From the IMG/VR virus record IMGVR_UViG_3300012936_000011, positions 1 through 62,754 of that record: a stretch of 62,754 bases of DNA; one strand, written 5' to 3'. Below, in pieces: positions 27,021-38,100 of this stretch. The notes beneath the pieces are model-generated. The model was given only the letters and a program-made list of their open reading frames with translations, searched no databases and was not told where the DNA came from. Made by a program: the position numbers and the translations under genes. Numbering within the stretch: the first letter of the stretch is position 1; every line of letters starts with the position of its first letter. The DNA is from a virus. Its lineage: Duplodnaviria > Caudoviricetes.

Positions 27021-27885
27021 ACTTTTTACCTTTGGCTGTAGTTTTACAATGTATGCTTGGCCAACATATGCAGATATTCTCGGTTCATATTTTGAAGTAT
27101 ATGAAAACTGGGCCTTTCCTGGATTAGGCAATCGTGCTATAGCAGAACGTGTTGCTGAGTGTCATTTAAAAAATAACTTTACTAAAGACGATGTAGTACT
27201 TGTACAATGGAGTACACACGTTAGAAATGACTATCATACTTTCGTTCCTATGGAATACGATCCTAAAAGTTTTTTACACGTTTGGTTTAGACGCAATAAT
27301 CAAATTGGTTGGAAGACACAAGGTAGTATTTTTAATTCTAATAATAGGCAACACATATACAATGATAATTGGTGTAATATATTCTGGGACGAACACAGTT
27401 ATATGATGTATAGTCTAAATGATATGATGCTTACACAAGGCTTACTTGATAGCACAGGTTGTATATGGCGTATGACAAGCATAGGTGACTTTGCAAAAAT
27501 GTGCAGTGATATTCCAGATGCACATGACGAAGATATATCAGATCAACAAAATATATTTGACAGCAAGAAAGAATTTGAAATTTATAAAAATGTTTTAGAA
27601 CATCCTAATTGGTTAGAACCAATTGGTACATATAGTTGGAAAAATAAAGAAAATAGTTATACCTTTGAAGGTGACAAAGGACCTTGGTTAGAAATACATC
27701 CAAGTCATAAACAGCATTTAGATTATGCAGAGAATATTTTAAATTTAGGTATTGACTTATCAGATTATAAAATAAATGTAAGCGAAAAGATAGAAGAAAT
27801 TAAATTAAATGAGTCTAACTTCTTAAGTTTTCAAGAAAAGGTTAGTAAAGCAGTACACCACGAACCAACATATAGGGGCTTTTAA
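26983..27885 (+). CDS. SGNH/GDSL-like hydrolase or acyltransferase 1
   Basis: LFTFGCSFT (block I), PGLGN (block II), VQWS, C-terminal EIHPS. Confidence 0.6.
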   Translation: MENEILKTKKKNRLFTFGCSFTMYAWPTYADILGSYFEVYENWAFPGLGNRAIAERVAECHLKNNFTKDDVVLVQWSTHVRNDYHTFVPMEYDPKSFLHVWFRRNNQIGWKTQGSIFNSNNRQHIYNDNWCNIFWDEHSYMMYSLNDMMLTQGLLDSTGCIWRMTSIGDFAKMCSDIPDAHDEDISDQQNIFDSKKEFEIYKNVLEHPNWLEPIGTYSWKNKENSYTFEGDKGPWLEIHPSHKQHLDYAENILNLGIDLSDYKINVSEKIEEIKLNESNFLSFQEKVSKAVHHEPTYRGF

Positions 27886-28775
27886 TGAAAAGATTATTTG
27901 CATTTGGTTGTAGTTTTACGATGTACGCTTGGCCTACTTACGCAGATTATGTAGGTTATGAATTTGACCATTATGAGAACTGGGGATTTCCTGGTTTAGG
28001 TAATAGGGCAATAGCACAAAGAGTTGCTGAATGTCATGCTAAAAATAAATTTACAAAAGATGATACAATTATTGTACAATGGAGTACACATATTAGAAAC
28101 GATTGGCATACATTTAGAACTGTAGAGTTCAAAGGCAAAAGAGGTGATGCAATTAGAAATACAGATGAAATAGGTTGGAAAACAAAAGGTAGTATTTTTA
28201 ATTACATGAATAGAGAAGTGTGTTATGATGATCATTGGATAGAAACTTTCTGGAATGAAGCAAGTTATTTTATGCATGGTCAAAACAATATTATACAAGT
28301 ACAAGGACTATTAGATAGCATAGGTTGTACATATAGAATGACAACTATAGGAGAAATGAATAGACTTGGTACTGATATGCCAGACGCTCCACAATATGGA
28401 GAAACTACACAAGAAAAAGTAGACATATATGTTGACTTTCCGGCAATGAAAGTATATAATAACACAAATAAAAATTGGTTAGAACCTTTAGGATTGTTTA
28501 GTTGGAAACGTAAAGACGACACATATACATTTTACGATCCTAAAACAAAAAATTACTGGACTGAATTTCATCCAAGTCATTGGCAACATTTTGCTTATGC
28601 CAACGAAATACTCCGTCCAAGTTTGGGGTTACCAAAACAAAATAACGATAAACAAATACATACAATGGAAAAACTTAATCACTTAAAAGATACTAAACAC
28701 GATTTAATTTCTTTTGAAGATGCAATACTTGAAGAAATTGTTGATTATAAACACATTGGGTATATAGGATTTTAA
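27885..28775 (+). CDS. SGNH/GDSL-like hydrolase or acyltransferase 2 (tandem paralog)
   Basis: Near-identical N-terminus FGCSFTMYAWPTYAD...ENW.FPGLGNRAIA.RVAECH; EFHPS; TAATG coupling to the previous gene. Confidence 0.6.
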   Translation: MKRLFAFGCSFTMYAWPTYADYVGYEFDHYENWGFPGLGNRAIAQRVAECHAKNKFTKDDTIIVQWSTHIRNDWHTFRTVEFKGKRGDAIRNTDEIGWKTKGSIFNYMNREVCYDDHWIETFWNEASYFMHGQNNIIQVQGLLDSIGCTYRMTTIGEMNRLGTDMPDAPQYGETTQEKVDIYVDFPAMKVYNNTNKNWLEPLGLFSWKRKDDTYTFYDPKTKNYWTEFHPSHWQHFAYANEILRPSLGLPKQNNDKQIHTMEKLNHLKDTKHDLISFEDAILEEIVDYKHIGYIGF

Positions 28776-28776
28776 A

Positions 28777-30591
28777 ATGAAAAAACCAGACTTATGGATT
28801 GCCGCAATAGCAAGAGGACACAATGCAGGTGTTTGTCTTTTAAAAAACGGTGAAGTAGTATTTTCAATTGAAGAAGAACGTTTAAGTCGTCACAAGTATG
28901 ACGGCGGACCTTTTGCTTCAATGATGAAAATTTTAGAATATACAAATAAATTAGATTATCTTGTAGTAGCACATACGCAAAGTTTGGAAGATACCGCAGG
29001 TAAAGTAGACTTTACAGGTGATGATGTTTACACAGGACTTGCTCGTAAACTTGGTTTAATAAGTCAAGATGCAAAACACTTACCTAAACATCCTCAAGTA
29101 ATTGATTTAAGTTACTATCATCATAAACTACACGCGGCTTTGGCTTTTTACAATTCAGGATTTAATGATGCAGTTGCAGTAATTGTAGATGGAGCAGGTA
29201 CATTCTTCTCTGCACAGTTACAAGGAGAGCAAGGACCATCAACTACACTATGGGAAACAGAAACAATTTTTGACTGTGAATATCCTATAAACTTTAAAAC
29301 ATTATACAAACACTTAGGTACAACTGGTCCATTGACTGGTGCAGAGATGCTTGACTTTAATGCAGACTTTTTTGGTGAAGAAGGTAAAGTTCCTAAAGTT
29401 GTATTAACAGAAACAGCAGGAATTGTTAAAACATATGAAGCAGTAACAGACTACTGTGGTTTTAGTTTTATTGAAGCAGGAAAAACAATGGGATTATTTC
29501 CTTATGGTAAAGAAAACAAAGAAAATATTCCACAGTTGTTTACAAGTAATCAAACAAGTCCGTTGTCTAATAGAAATATTATTATTCCTAACTATCCAAA
29601 CGGTGCTTTTGTAAATAGAAATTATTTTGATTACTTACGTGATAAATTTGATCAAGAAGAAGATGTTACAAAATTAGATAATAGAAGAGATATGGCTTAT
29701 GCTGTGCAAACACAAACACAAAAACAAGTTGCAGATTTAATTAGACAAGCAGTTGCAATGAGTGGCAAGAAAAATGTTGTGTTAAGTGGAGGATATGGTT
29801 TAAACTGTGTGGCAAATTATTGGTATCTTGAAGAATTAAAAGACGAAGGTATAAATTTATACGTTGAGCCAGTCAGTAATGATGCAGGTACAGCAATGGG
29901 TGCGGCTATGTTACAGCACAGAGCAATTACAAAAGACATGACTGTACATCCACAAAAAGAAACATTATATAACGGACCGCAGTACTATTATGAATCTAAT
30001 GAAATAGAAGAGATAGCAAACAAATACAATGGTACAGTAAGTCATGCAGAAAGCGAAGAAGTAGTAGACTTACTTACAAAAAGAAATATAGTTGCTATAT
30101 TTCAAGGACAATCAGAAAACGGTCCAAGAGCATTAGGTAACAGAAGTTTCTTATATGATCCGACAGATCCAGATGGCAAAGATCATGTCAATAAAGTTAA
30201 ACGTAGAGAATATTTTAGACCATTTGCAGGAACAATTCTTGAAGAAGATGTACATGAATGGTTTGATTTGCGTGGTATGAAAAGTTCTCCAACAATGATG
30301 TATGCTGTAAACTGTCAACCAGGTATTGAAGAAAAGATTCCTGCTATTATTCATGTTGATGGAACTTGCAGAATACAAACAGTAAGTGAAGAACAGAACC
30401 CACATTACTATAGTTTAATCCAAGCATTCAAAGAAAAGACAGGCGTACCTATGGTGTTTAATACAAGTTTTAATTTAGGTGGCGATCCTTTAGTAGAAAC
30501 GCTGGATCATGCTGTTGCAACACTGGCTAAATCCGACGTAGAATACCTATATTTGCCTGAATACTCCACACTTATCACTGTGAAAAATTAA
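28777..30591 (+). CDS. Carbamoyltransferase (NodU/CmcH/TobZ family)
   Basis: EEERLSRHKYD, HHKLHA, VDGAG, GKTMGL.PYG, LSGG.GLNCVAN, NDAGTAMGAA, E.GPRALGNRS, KRREYFRPFA, HVDGTCRIQTV, NTSFN. Confidence 0.93.
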   Translation: MKKPDLWIAAIARGHNAGVCLLKNGEVVFSIEEERLSRHKYDGGPFASMMKILEYTNKLDYLVVAHTQSLEDTAGKVDFTGDDVYTGLARKLGLISQDAKHLPKHPQVIDLSYYHHKLHAALAFYNSGFNDAVAVIVDGAGTFFSAQLQGEQGPSTTLWETETIFDCEYPINFKTLYKHLGTTGPLTGAEMLDFNADFFGEEGKVPKVVLTETAGIVKTYEAVTDYCGFSFIEAGKTMGLFPYGKENKENIPQLFTSNQTSPLSNRNIIIPNYPNGAFVNRNYFDYLRDKFDQEEDVTKLDNRRDMAYAVQTQTQKQVADLIRQAVAMSGKKNVVLSGGYGLNCVANYWYLEELKDEGINLYVEPVSNDAGTAMGAAMLQHRAITKDMTVHPQKETLYNGPQYYYESNEIEEIANKYNGTVSHAESEEVVDLLTKRNIVAIFQGQSENGPRALGNRSFLYDPTDPDGKDHVNKVKRREYFRPFAGTILEEDVHEWFDLRGMKSSPTMMYAVNCQPGIEEKIPAIIHVDGTCRIQTVSEEQNPHYYSLIQAFKEKTGVPMVFNTSFNLGGDPLVETLDHAVATLAKSDVEYLYLPEYSTLITVKN

Positions 30592-30603
30592 ATCTACATA
30601 AGC

Positions 30604-30611
30604 GATAAATA
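30604..30611 (+). promoter_or_regulatory. Late promoter GATAAATA
   Basis: Intergenic, upstream of SD GAGG and the ATG at 30629. Confidence 0.65.
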
Positions 30612-30628
30612 TACTAAAGAGGACTATT

Positions 30629-31048
30629 ATGTTTGATATTGGTAAATTTTTCGGTAAAGGGTTAAAGAACACAGTGCTTATGAAAAACGGCACTAATCTA
30701 AGTTACCACGGACCATGGAGAAAGATTACAGAGGATACTCTTGTAGATCGTTGGTTAGTGGGAGATTTTTGTGCGGCAGAATACACTATTGTTGCTGACT
30801 TAGGTACATTTGAAAAAGAAATTATTAAATGTTTAGTAGTTGCGGGACCAAGTACTGCGGAATTAGTTGTTTATGGTAGATCAAATTTAGGTAATCAAAT
30901 TATTGATTTGACTGCTACAGTAAACGACAGTTATGTTAATATTATTGCCAATGCTAAACCATTAGACGACTCTGCTCCAGGACGTGGTGCGAAGTTAGTG
31001 TTTAGTGCAAATTATTACCAAACGCAAAACGTTTTGGTGCCAGCATAA
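30629..31048 (+). CDS. Hypothetical (probably virion) protein
   Basis: 139-aa beta-rich ORF with a late promoter and SD. Confidence 0.55.
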   Translation: MFDIGKFFGKGLKNTVLMKNGTNLSYHGPWRKITEDTLVDRWLVGDFCAAEYTIVADLGTFEKEIIKCLVVAGPSTAELVVYGRSNLGNQIIDLTATVNDSYVNIIANAKPLDDSAPGRGAKLVFSANYYQTQNVLVPA

Positions 31049-31053
31049 GGTAA

Positions 31054-31061
31054 GATAAATA
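31054..31061 (+). promoter_or_regulatory. Late promoter GATAAATA
   Basis: Intergenic, upstream of SD GGAG and the ATG at 31081. Confidence 0.65.
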
Positions 31062-31080
31062 TGCATAGTTGGAGTAAACA

Positions 31081-32118
31081 ATGGCAGTAACTTATAACCC
31101 GTTCGAATCAGAGCAAGGCTTTAAAAGTCCTGGGTTCACAGTCGATAACGAAGGTAATGTTACACTAAAAAGTCTGACATATCTTGATCCTGAAGAAACA
31201 ATCGTAACAGACAGATTATATTTTAACCAATCAGGTACAGGTGAAAGTGCAAACTTTACACAGGATGGTGTTTTTTCAGAAGGATCATCAGTATTACGAG
31301 AAAATCCACCACTTTCGTTAGTGCGTGGTACAACTTACAGTTTCAATTTAAATAATTTTGCATTCCTTACTTGGAATATTTTTCAAGTAGATTTAACAGG
31401 TAATAGTGCAATACAAATTAATGGTATTCCTGTAGTTACTTATAATGATGGTGTAACTTATAAAACAAGTGATACATCTGAAGAAGTACTATCTGGAGAA
31501 CAAGCACAAGGTAAAACTACTGGTGTATTTTTCTTTGAAGTACCTGCGTTAGCACCAGACACATTGTATTATGCAACAGGTGACGGAACAGTTTATGGTA
31601 CTATTACAACTGCTGATCCAACTATAACAGGTATTGGTAGTTTTAGCAGTTTAAATGTTATTGGTGATGTTACTTTTACAGGACAAGATGCAGATTTAGT
31701 TTTAGCACCACAAGGTGCATATGGTACAGTAACTATAAATCCAGCAGGACAAGGTACATTAAGCAATATGTATGTAAATGCATTAACGCTTAATGCAACA
31801 GATACAGTTAATTTAAGTCCAATTGATGATAATGTTACTATTAGTCCAAGCGGCACAGGACAACTTACATTAAACAGTGGTGTACAAGGTACAATAAATA
31901 ATATGTCAATAGGACAAACCACTGCAAGAGATGGATCGTTCTTAGCGTTAAATGCTGAAAATGGGTTAAATAATACAGTGATAGGAAACGTTACTCCTAA
32001 GGATGCAACGTTTAATCAAGCAACAGGAAGAAATGCACCAGTGACAAGTCAACATTTAACAAACAAAAAATACGTAGACAATACGGCAACAGCATTAGCA
32101 GTTGCATTAGGAGTATAA
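31081..32118 (+). CDS. Fibre protein with a degenerate cupredoxin-like domain
   Basis: LSLVRGTTYSF...FEVP..APDTLYY without the Cys/His/Met ligands; C-terminal HLTNKKYVD...ALAVALG fibre motif. Confidence 0.65.
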   Translation: MAVTYNPFESEQGFKSPGFTVDNEGNVTLKSLTYLDPEETIVTDRLYFNQSGTGESANFTQDGVFSEGSSVLRENPPLSLVRGTTYSFNLNNFAFLTWNIFQVDLTGNSAIQINGIPVVTYNDGVTYKTSDTSEEVLSGEQAQGKTTGVFFFEVPALAPDTLYYATGDGTVYGTITTADPTITGIGSFSSLNVIGDVTFTGQDADLVLAPQGAYGTVTINPAGQGTLSNMYVNALTLNATDTVNLSPIDDNVTISPSGTGQLTLNSGVQGTINNMSIGQTTARDGSFLALNAENGLNNTVIGNVTPKDATFNQATGRNAPVTSQHLTNKKYVDNTATALAVALGV

Positions 32119-32123
32119 AATAA

Positions 32124-35100
32124 ATGGCAAAGCGTAAGATTAACGATTATATATTCCATACAGGTATTCCTTACAGTGAAAATCGCCGACCTAATGCATA
32201 TTATTTGATTCAAAACAACGTTGAATTTCTTAAAGATGAAACAAGAGCATACATTAATGCAGAAATTGCTATTGCTGTACAATATACTCCAACAGGTGCA
32301 GTATACGAACCAACTACAGGTGACTTGACAATTACCCTTGGATCAGGACATAATTTAAATCCTGGATCTTTTATAAAAATTTCCGATGGTGCATTAACAT
32401 TTACGCCTGCTTTAAATATTCCAGCAACTAAAATTTGGCTTGTTAAAAGTGTAACAGCAGATAGTGTTACAATTAATATTCCACCAAATGATGTTACTGC
32501 AAGAACATTTAGCAGTGCGGCAAGTAATGGTGTTGAAAATGTATTTTACAATTACACAAATGACAGTAATGACAAGTGTGAAAGAGATATGGGATACAAC
32601 CTTATTGGTGGCGATCCTAAAAATCCTGTTCAAGACCAACCAGGCGGTTTACTATTTGATCTAAGATACAACGGTAACGAACAAGCACGTTATCTTGCTT
32701 CTACATATTGGGACGGTGCTATTCCGCAAATTGATGGTGACAGAAATCCAGAAAGAGCGGCAAAACAATTTTGTGCTTGGTTGATTAAAAATTATATTTT
32801 AGATAATGTAGCATATACAACAAAACAATCACCAGTAGTAACAACACAACATATTAATACAGAATATGTTGCTGAATCTTCAGCAGATGCACAGGTTGAT
32901 AAAGTTTTAACAGATACTATCGGTGAAGTAATTTACTTTGGTACTGATGTGATGCCAGATTTTCATCGTGCAGAAATAAGTAGAGCAATTTTTCCAACAA
33001 AAGTTACACAAGATAATTTACTTTTAATTACAGATACAACTGTTAATTCAGTTTTGTTTAACTTTAGTGATGGAAGTAAAGGTGCTGATGTAAAATACGC
33101 TTATGAATCAGTTGAATTTACACCAACATACTTTTACTTTCAAAAATTTCTTGAAACAACTGATACAATTACACAAGTATTATTTGATACAAGTACAGAA
33201 ACAGAAGAATTTCTTCAAAACGCAAGAACATTACTTTCAAACAACAAAGAATTTGTAAAAGATGAAGTACGTGCTTGGGTTGCAGATCAAGTTACAAATG
33301 CATCAGCAGGGAGTATCTGGCAAGGATACACTTATAGTGGACCTGCTGTTGAAAGAGATACAGGATTAAATGTAGATAATATTATTGCAGATATGCAATA
33401 TGGCGGAAATAAAAATGTAAGATTGAAAGCGGCACAATATTGGAAGGGTCCTACTCCACAAATTACAGGTTCACGTGAACCAGAAATTGCATATAATAAT
33501 TTCATGCGTGATTTAATTAATAATTACATTCTTAAAAAATTAGTTTATCCTACCAAACAAACAGGTACTCCAGAAACTACACAATACTTTTTAGGATTTG
33601 ACAGTGAATTAGGAGCAGACACTCGTGTAACAGAATCTGTCAAAATTATAACAGATGTAATTCAAAATGGATTAGAATTTTTACCATCAGAAAATGCTCC
33701 GATTGTTTGGAACGAAAATGATACACTACAAATTTTTGTAGATCAAGGTGATCTAAAAACAAGACCTTATGATTTTGGTACTGATGCAATTGAAAGACAA
33801 AGAGTTGCAAACTCTTTATCCATGCTTGATGCTGACTTTGAATATGGTTTACAGCCTACGAAGTGGCAAGCCATTGGTACAATGCGTGGATATCCATCGA
33901 CATATGAAGTACCAGGTACAGATACAGCAGTTGCAAGTGTAACTACAGATGCATCAACAGGCAGTAGCGGAGTTGGTCAATCATTAATTAGTGTTACTAC
34001 AGTTGGACCACATGGTGTTGAAGCAGGTAACCCAATAACAATTAGAGGATTAGATGGTTCTGTTGCAGGTAACGGTCGTGCTGAAGGTACATTTATTGTT
34101 AATACAGTACAGGATAATACAACTTTCACTTACTATGCAAAAGCAAAAGTTGGTGTAAGTGCAGGAACAACGTTACAAACATTTTATACTATTTTAAGAC
34201 AAGCGGCATTTTACACAGGTGCGGCAATACAAGGTGACACACCTTCATTTGCAATTACTACACAAGGTTCGTCAGGTTCATTTACACTTGCACTTGGAGT
34301 AGACACTGGTGAAGATAGATTAGCATTTACAGGTACTGCACCAAACATAGGTGCTCCACTACAAGCAGTAGGTGGTGGTATTCCTCTTGGTTCTCAGGTA
34401 ACTGGTATAACTGGCACAGGTTCTATTATTACAACGCCTGTTCTTACATCAGACATTGCACAAGGATCATTTACAGTAGCAGTAGAAGACAGTGCGGCAG
34501 TACAAGTAGGTAGTGCTATTGATAGAGGTGACGGTGTAGCGGCATTCGTTACAAATGTTGTAGGAAATGATCTTACAATTAGTAGTGCAACTTCAAGAAC
34601 ACTTGTAGGTAACACAGTTCTTTATCAAGGACTAACAGGTACCAATGACACTTCAATTGGTAATGGAGCAAGTTTTGATGTTACAAGAACAAACGGTGTA
34701 TATTCAACAGTATTAAATGCTTCAGGACAAGATTACAAAGTTGGTGACAGAATTATTATTAGTGGTGGTCAACTTGGTGGGTTAGACACAACAAACGATT
34801 TAAAAATTTTAGTAGACACTGTTGATACAGGTGGTGAAATAACTGGATTCACTGAGTCAGGTACTGGGTTTGATGGTACTGGATCGTTCTTTGGCTTATC
34901 AGGCGAACTACAAGGTAACATTGGTGCAAATCCTGTATTTGATATTACATATACAAACAATGCATATACAGTTTCTGTTGCATCTCCAGACACATCACAA
35001 AACTATACAGTAGGTGATAGAATTAAAATTGACGGATTTGAATTAGGCGGACAAAGTGTAACTAATGATTGTTTCGTAACTGTGACAGGTGTTGGTGCTG

Positions 35101-38100
35101 GTGGAGCAATTACTTCTGTAACAAGTTCAGGAACAGCAGTTGATGCTGATGTATCTTATTCATCTCCACCTAAGACTACAACAACAGTAAGTGGTGTTGA
35201 TGCAGACTTTAACATACAAAGAATTGGTACAGCCTATACAATTAACTTAACAAATGCAGGATCAGGATATCTTGCTTCAGAAACATTCACAGTATTAGGT
35301 TCTGATGTAGGTGGTGTTGACGGTGTAAACAATGTTACAATACAAATTACAACAGTTGACGCTGGAGGAGCAATTACAGGTACAAATGTTACAGGAACAG
35401 CAAATAACTCTAAAACTTATGGTTATGTTAATTTAGGAACAAATGTTATTGGTAGTGGTGCACAGTTTCAGATTGATTTAGCAACAGGAACATATACAAT
35501 TAATATTGAAAGTGCTGGTAGCAATTATGGTGTAGACCAAGAAATTTTAGTAAGAGGTACAGATGTAAGTGGAGCAAGTCCAGACAACGATATTACTATA
35601 ACAATTACAAGTGTAAATCCAAGTGATAACGGAATATCAGGTATATCATTTACAGGAACAGGAGCAACAGGTAGTGGAAGTTACGTAAATATTCAAGGTA
35701 ATAATGATAGTAATAGCGGTAGTAACGCAACGTTTGATATTACACGTTCAGGCGGCACATATAGTTTAGTAGTTGCAACCGACGATGGTTCAAGTTATCA
35801 AGTTGGTGATAGAATTGTTATTCCAGGAGACCAGTTAGGTGGCCAAACTCCTACAAATGATTTAGTATTAAGAACTACATTAGAATCTACTGAAGGTAAT
35901 TTTATAGGCATTGATGCACAAGGAACAGCAGTTGCTGGTGAAACATTGAACTTATACAGTGCATTAACAATGACAGAAGAAACTACATCAGCAATAAATC
36001 AAGCAACAGTAATTACTTACAGTGCATTAGCAAGTGTTAGAGTAACATTTGGTACACCACATGGACTTGTACCAGGAGATAGTTTTGCAATTACTATTTC
36101 ATCAGACGATGGTGTAAACAATCACGCACTTGCGGCAGGACCATTTAGTGCTACAGCAGTACCTTCAGCAACACAACTTGAATATCAGTGTAGATCACCA
36201 GGATTTATTGATACAACATCAGATCAGCAAATTACTGGTAACGTGTATCCAAGACCAGATTCGTTCTTTATACACAGACCATATGATGGTGGTGTGCAGT
36301 TAGGAACAGGCGGTCCACAACACGGTGCTCAAGCAATTAGACAGAGTAAAAAATATATTAGATATCAATCAGGTAAAGGTATCATGTATACAACTGGTGC
36401 TTTATTTGCTCCAAGTTATAACATTTTAACTATTACAGCAGACGGTAACACACCAGGTAGTATTATTACTGTAACAACTGACGAAACAGAACACGGTTTA
36501 CAAGTAGGAGGCGGTATTAAACTTATTGGTATTGACACTGTAGGATATAATGGAGATTATATTGTTTCTGATGTTAACGATGAAAACACATTTGAAGTAG
36601 TTGCAAGTACAGCATTAGGTTCACTTACTCCAGAAATAAGTTCAGAAGCACAAGTTTCATTAAGAACGTTTCATGGTGCAACAGTACGTTCGGGTGCATT
36701 TGATGATCAAAACGGTATTTTCTTTGAATATGATGGTACACAATTCAGTGCTGTACAAAGAACTGCAACTTTACAATTAGCAGGTGTTGTTGACATTGAT
36801 GTTGACTCTAATACTTGTACAGGTGTAGGAACAAGATTTAGAGAACAATTAAAAGCAGGTGATAGAATTGTGCTTAAAGGAATGACACACGTTGTAACGA
36901 CAGTTGTGTCTAATACATCAATGTATCTTGCACCTGACTTCCGTGGTGTTACAGACGTAAGAGCAAGTAAAATTTGTTTAGTAAGAGATAAAAAGACAGA
37001 ACAAAAAGACTTTAACAGAGATAGAGGTGACGGTACAGGACCAAGTGGATACAACATTGACATTAGTAAGATGCAGATGGTTGGAATTCAGTACAGTTGG
37101 TACGGTGCTGGATTTATTGACTATATGCTTAGAGGAGCAGATGGTAACTTTGTGTTCATGCATAGAATGAGAAACTCAAACGTTAACACAGAAGCATTTA
37201 TGAGAACTGGTAATATGCCGGTTAGATATGAAATTACAAACGAAGGTCCTGTTGGTAAACTTGCAAAAGACATTACAAGCACAGATACTACTATACCACT
37301 ACAAGATGCTTCATTCTTCCCACCAGAAGGAGGAACAGTTTACATTGATGCAGAAATGATACGTTTCACAGGCATTGATGGTAAAAATTTAACTGGTTGT
37401 ACAAGACAAACAACTATGACAAACTTTGCCGCTGGTGCTACAAGAACATACACTGGTGGTACAGCAGACTCACATACAAGAAATACTGGGGTGGTATTAA
37501 TTAGTAATACTGCTTCACCAAACATATCACACTGGGGTTCAGCATTTATTACAGACGGTGGTTTTGATTCAGATCGTGGATATTTGTTTAGTTACAAATC
37601 AACTGGTGTTGAGGTAAGTACTACAAGAAACAGTTCATTCTTATTAAGACTTGCACCGTCGGTATCCAACGCACTTGTTGGTGACTTAGGTGAACGTGAA
37701 CTTTTAAACAGAGCACAGTTACTACTTGAAGGTCTTGAAATTACAACTGATCCACCTCAAGCAAGTGATACAGGTGGTATTATTGTTGAAGGAATATTAA
37801 ATCCTCAAAACTATCCATTAAATCCAAATGATGTTGGTTGGCAGGGACTGTCCGGCCTTGCACAAGGTGGCCAACCAAGTTTTGCACAGATTGCTCCGGG
37901 CGGATCTGTTAACTGGAACTCAGGTGATGTTCCAGTTACGGCTCAAGTAACTACTCAAGCACCTATTACTGCAAACGTTATTGCAAAAGATAGAGGTTAT
38001 AGCGCCAGCAATAGATATTGGGATAACGGTTTAACAAATGGTAGAAATAGATTCTTTGTACTTGATAGTTTCTATCAAGCAAATCAAGCACTATTTGAAC

